The notes below the pieces were generated by a model. That model ran no database searches. It had not been told where the DNA came from and saw only the letters and a program-made list of their open reading frames with translations. Both the position numbers and the translations under genes were made by a program. From an uncultured Armatimonadetes bacterium (GTDB lineage Bacteria; Armatimonadota; Hebobacteria; Hebobacterales; Hebobacteraceae): 64,000 nt of DNA. This document shows, one piece after another, positions 60,726 to 64,000 of the stretch (position 1 is the first letter of the stretch; each line of letters starts with the position of its first letter). Where the stretch lies: contig OY970296.1 of NCBI GenBank assembly GCA_963716175.1, positions 1,664,001-1,728,000 on the forward strand, given 5' to 3'.

Positions 60726-61376
60726 ATGCAGGGCGTGGGCATAGGGGCAAGTAAGCCAGATGTGAACGTGTCGGGCACCGTCTTCACCCGGGTCTTCTGG
60801 CTCTACGGTCTCTACACACTGCTCTCGAACGCGACCTTCCTCTTCGGTTACTTCATCCTGCCGGAGGGCTTCATGCGGGGGAGTCCGCAGGTCGCCGTCG
60901 GCCGCGCGGCGCATACCGGCGAGTTCTGGTCGGAGTTCGGGCTCACGCTGCTGTTCAACATCGCCGGAGTCGTCACCCTCTGCGTGGTGCTCAACTTCAA
61001 CCAGGTGAAGAGGATACCGATGGGCTACATCATGCCCGTCTCGCTGGGCGTGGTGACAGGTCTGATCTCGGGCACCAACTCCTTCGCTGCCAGCGACCTC
61101 TCTCGCTACTCGGCGCGTGAGGGCATGGCGCTGGGCATCAGCATCGGCGGCCTGGAGATGCTGGGGTACATCCTGGTCATCGCCGCTACCGTGAGGTACG
61201 GCGTCTACCAGTACCGGAGCTGGTGGCGGTGGAACGGCGAATGGAAGCCGATGAAGGTGATGAACCTGAGAGAGGTCCGGCTAACCCGTCCTGAATGGTA
61301 CTGCCTGGCTCTGGGCCTACTCCTGATCCTCACCGGCGCGTACCGGGAGACACTCTTCGCTCTCCGCGGTCACTAG
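60726..61376 (+). CDS. Hypothetical multi-pass membrane protein
   Basis: About five TM segments; GGAGG RBS. Confidence 0.7.
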   Translation: MQGVGIGASKPDVNVSGTVFTRVFWLYGLYTLLSNATFLFGYFILPEGFMRGSPQVAVGRAAHTGEFWSEFGLTLLFNIAGVVTLCVVLNFNQVKRIPMGYIMPVSLGVVTGLISGTNSFAASDLSRYSAREGMALGISIGGLEMLGYILVIAATVRYGVYQYRSWWRWNGEWKPMKVMNLREVRLTRPEWYCLALGLLLILTGAYRETLFALRGH

Positions 61377-61519
61377 CTCCGGGTGCCCATACCAGGCCCT
61401 CTGGAGCCGGCCTATCATCACGCCGCCAACCGGAAAGTGGTGACCCGCGTGTCCGAGAAGAGCCCTCGCTCGACGACCCGCGACGAACCCCCGGACAGTG
61501 ACCCCAGCCGAGGGGGTAG

Positions 61520-62812
61520 TGTACAGACTGGATAGATAGGTAACACTCGTACCGGATACATAGGTAACGGGCAAGCGGTTACTATAGAGGCATGCATCTC
61601 TTCCTAGAGGAGAGGGGCCATGCCCTGGGAGCCAGTTACCGTGGAGCAGCAGCGACGGGAGTTTGTGATGTTCGCCCAGCAGGGGAGGGTGCCGTTTCGG
61701 GATCTGTGCCGCCGCTTCGGCATCAGCCCCAGGATCGGCTACAAATGGTGTTATCGCTTTGCTGAGGCCGGGGAAGTGGGCTTGCGGGATCACTCCCGCC
61801 GGCCCCACCGGAGGCGCCCGCAACTGCCGGCAGCCACCCAGCAGGCAATCGTGGCGCTCCGCCAGGCGCACCCGTGCTGGGGAGCCCGCAAGCTTCGCCG
61901 GCTGCTCCGCAACCAGGGCCTCCACCCCGTGCCAGCCACCAGCTCCATTACCGCGACCCTGCATCGGCACACGCTCATCGGTGCGGACTCGCCTGCGGGT
62001 CAGCGCCCCTGGGTGCGTTTCGAGCGCCCACTGCCCAACGACCTCTGGCAGATGGACTTCAAGGCGCCGGTAGCGACGCAGACGGGTCCCCAGCACGTGC
62101 TGAGCGTGCTGGACGATCATTCTCGCTTTGCCCTCTCTCTGCAGGCGCTGCCCAAGCAGGACGGGTGCTCCGTGCAGGCGGCGCTAGTGGCCGCTTTCCG
62201 GCACTATGGGGTGCCGGAGGCGATGCTGTCGGACAATGGAGGTCCCTGGGGAGATCTGGCCGCGGACGCATATGGGGCGCTGGCGGTGTGGCTGATGCGG
62301 CTGGGGATATACGTGACTCACTCTCGGCCCTACCATCCCCAGACCGTGGGCAAGGATGAACGCTTCCATGGCAGCTTGCAGCGAGAGCTGCTGGCGCGGC
62401 ACCAGTGGCGAGACGGGGAGCACCTGCAGGCGCACCTGGATCCGTGGCGGGAGCAATATAACTTCCTGCGCCCTCACGAGGCGCTCGCGCTGGAGGTGCC
62501 GGCAAGTCGCTACCAGCCCAGCCTGCGCGCCTACCCCGCGCAGCTGGAGCCGATCCAGTACCCGCCGGGGCTGCCGGTGCGCAAGGTGCAGCGTGGGGGC
62601 GAGGTGCACTTCGGGGGGCGTCTGCTGCCCGTTTCCAAGGCCTTCCGCGGTCAGCCGGTGGCCGTGCGCGCCACTGATATCGACGGCCTGGTGGAGGTGC
62701 TCTTCTGCCATCAGGTGATCAAACGCCTGACACTAGGGGAGTGCCCGAAGGCGGAGTAGAAGTGTTACCTATGTACTCGGCACATCCGTTACCCATGTAA
62801 CCGGTCCGCACA
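61520..62812 (+). mobile_element. IS481-family insertion sequence, apparently intact
   Basis: TGT...ACA ends, imperfect IRs with repeated ATAGGTAAC boxes, 5-bp GGTAG duplication (61515-61519 and 62813-62817). Confidence 0.92.
61620..62759 (+). CDS. IS481-family DDE transposase
   Basis: MPW..., LWQMDFK, LDDHSRF, SDNG, PYHPQT.GK.ERFH, YN..RPHEAL. Confidence 0.95.
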   Translation: MPWEPVTVEQQRREFVMFAQQGRVPFRDLCRRFGISPRIGYKWCYRFAEAGEVGLRDHSRRPHRRRPQLPAATQQAIVALRQAHPCWGARKLRRLLRNQGLHPVPATSSITATLHRHTLIGADSPAGQRPWVRFERPLPNDLWQMDFKAPVATQTGPQHVLSVLDDHSRFALSLQALPKQDGCSVQAALVAAFRHYGVPEAMLSDNGGPWGDLAADAYGALAVWLMRLGIYVTHSRPYHPQTVGKDERFHGSLQRELLARHQWRDGEHLQAHLDPWREQYNFLRPHEALALEVPASRYQPSLRAYPAQLEPIQYPPGLPVRKVQRGGEVHFGGRLLPVSKAFRGQPVAVRATDIDGLVEVLFCHQVIKRLTLGECPKAE

Positions 62813-63011
62813 GGTAGCCGGAGTCGGGGGTGGGCGGGGCCGTCAGGCTACTTCTCCGGGAAGACAAGGGGCATCCCTCATGGCAGCAGCGCTGACCCCG
62901 CTCACGCGGGCGCCATCGCCAGGTGCGCGTCGCCCGCCGGCGAAGGTACGCGCACATGACTCTCATCGTGTCTCGCCATGCTACCGGCCGGCACCGAAGG
63001 GAGTGTGTCAT

Positions 63012-64000
63012 ATGAGATACTGGCTGCTCTTGACTGTGTCCTTGTCGCTGCTGATCCCGGCCTGCGCCGGCGAACATCCGAATGCCCGGCTCTATCTAGT
63101 CGCGCAGCAGGACTATGGCAAGGCGACCGGATTCTACCTCGACCTGGAGGGAGGCACACTGCGTGACCTGCCGATCATTCTGGGAGTGGGCGACGGCAAG
63201 GAGTGGCGCTTCCCCCAGCACGGGCCCGGCTTCGTGCCGAATCGACCCTATCACGTCCGTGCGGTGATCTCCCCGGAGCGCGGGCAGCTATTCCTCGACG
63301 GCGTACTGGTGGCGGATAGCCCGGGCCGGTGGCAGCCGACAGAAGGCGCGCTGACCGTGAACGAGCGCCCCGAATGGATGCCGGAGGTGGGCGACTGGCT
63401 GGCCGAGCTGGGAACGATCGTCGTCACGCTCAGTCGAGGCGGAAAGCAGGTCACGCACCAGCAGTTCCTTGGCTCGCCGCGCCGACCGGTGGCGTTGCAG
63501 CTCTTCCAGCCTGACGATCCAGACTCCGCGCCGTTCGCGCCGCGACCGGGGGACACGGTGACCATGGACCTGAGCATCACCTTCCGCACCTATGACCTGC
63601 ACTCGCTCGCACCGTTGACAGATCGCTATGGGCAGTGCCGCTATGCCGACTGGCCCGGCAAAGTGCGCTCGGATGATGATCTCAAGCATGACATCGAAGA
63701 CGAAGCGGCGCGCCTCGCCGCCATGCCCTTTTCCCCCGACTTCGACTCCTATGGCGGCTACCGCAAGGCCGGCTGGAAGGAGAAGGCCACCGGCTTCTTC
63801 CGCGTCACCAAGCGCGACGGCTTCTGGTGGCTCATCAGCCCCGAAGGCAACCCGACCTTCTACCTGGGCGTCTGCAGCGCCCCCTCAGCGGTGTGGACGG
63901 CGACACCGGTCACCGGCCGGGAGTACCTGTTCGAGTGGCTGCCGGAGCGCACTGGCGAGTATGCTGGCACGTGGGGGCATGACGACTGGGGGACGGGCGA
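63012..64000 (+). CDS. Secreted GH50 (beta-agarase-like) glycoside hydrolase, runs off window
   Basis: Manual translation MRYWLLLTVSLSLLIPACAG...DRYGQ...WPGKV.S..DL...DSYGG...ATGFFRVTKRDGFWWLISPEG; open to the window end, absent from the ORF track. Confidence 0.7.
   Translation, partial: MRYWLLLTVSLSLLIPACAGEHPNARLYLVAQQDYGKATGFYLDLEGGTLRDLPIILGVGDGKEWRFPQHGPGFVPNRPYHVRAVISPERGQLFLDGVLVADSPGRWQPTEGALTVNERPEWMPEVGDWLAELGTIVVTLSRGGKQVTHQQFLGSPRRPVALQLFQPDDPDSAPFAPRPGDTVTMDLSITFRTYDLHSLAPLTDRYGQCRYADWPGKVRSDDDLKHDIEDEAARLAAMPFSPDFDSYGGYRKAGWKEKATGFFRVTKRDGFWWLISPEGNPTFYLGVCSAPSAVWTATPVTGREYLFEWLPERTGEYAGTWGHDDWGTG

Overview
GC-rich bacterial chromosome segment. An SLH-anchored beta-barrel envelope protein and an NHL/PKD/SLH surface protein suggest a diderm Terrabacterium, possibly Armatimonadota (inference only). 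The first ~45 kb is mostly core or metabolic: a GH42-like protein, rpmE-DUF1385-prfA-prmC-tsaC, hicBA, an OmpM/SlpA-like gene, ald, vapBC, proB, a 2-oxoacid:ferredoxin oxidoreductase, tldD-pmbA, an amidase-GerMN pair, a sugar-acid cluster with nagA, and tRNA-Thr(GGT)/tRNA-Tyr. GTAG-type REP-like palindromes are scattered through it. At tRNA-Thr(TGT) (45494-45569) the locus is invaded from both ends. On the 3' side is a ~0.46 kb GIY-YIG-only module bounded by a 21-bp copy of the tRNA 3' end. On the 5' side is a ~1.75 kb tyrosine-recombinase-only module bounded by a 38-bp copy of the tRNA 5' half that ends exactly at the anticodon loop; it has a replacement promoter and three ATCAGTAGTACG boxes, and a degraded paralogous module lies behind it. 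Beyond this is an accessory region: GH57, glgC, groES-groEL, a Cys-periodic mini-protein, MITE-like repeats, an intact IS481-family element and a GH50-like gene that runs off the window. Other oddities are a stand-alone two-blade GyrA-CTD gene upstream of tldD-pmbA and a four-hairpin array between vapC and a type III restriction relic. Four single-base frameshifts are probably assembly errors. All calls come from reading motifs by eye; no database searches were run.
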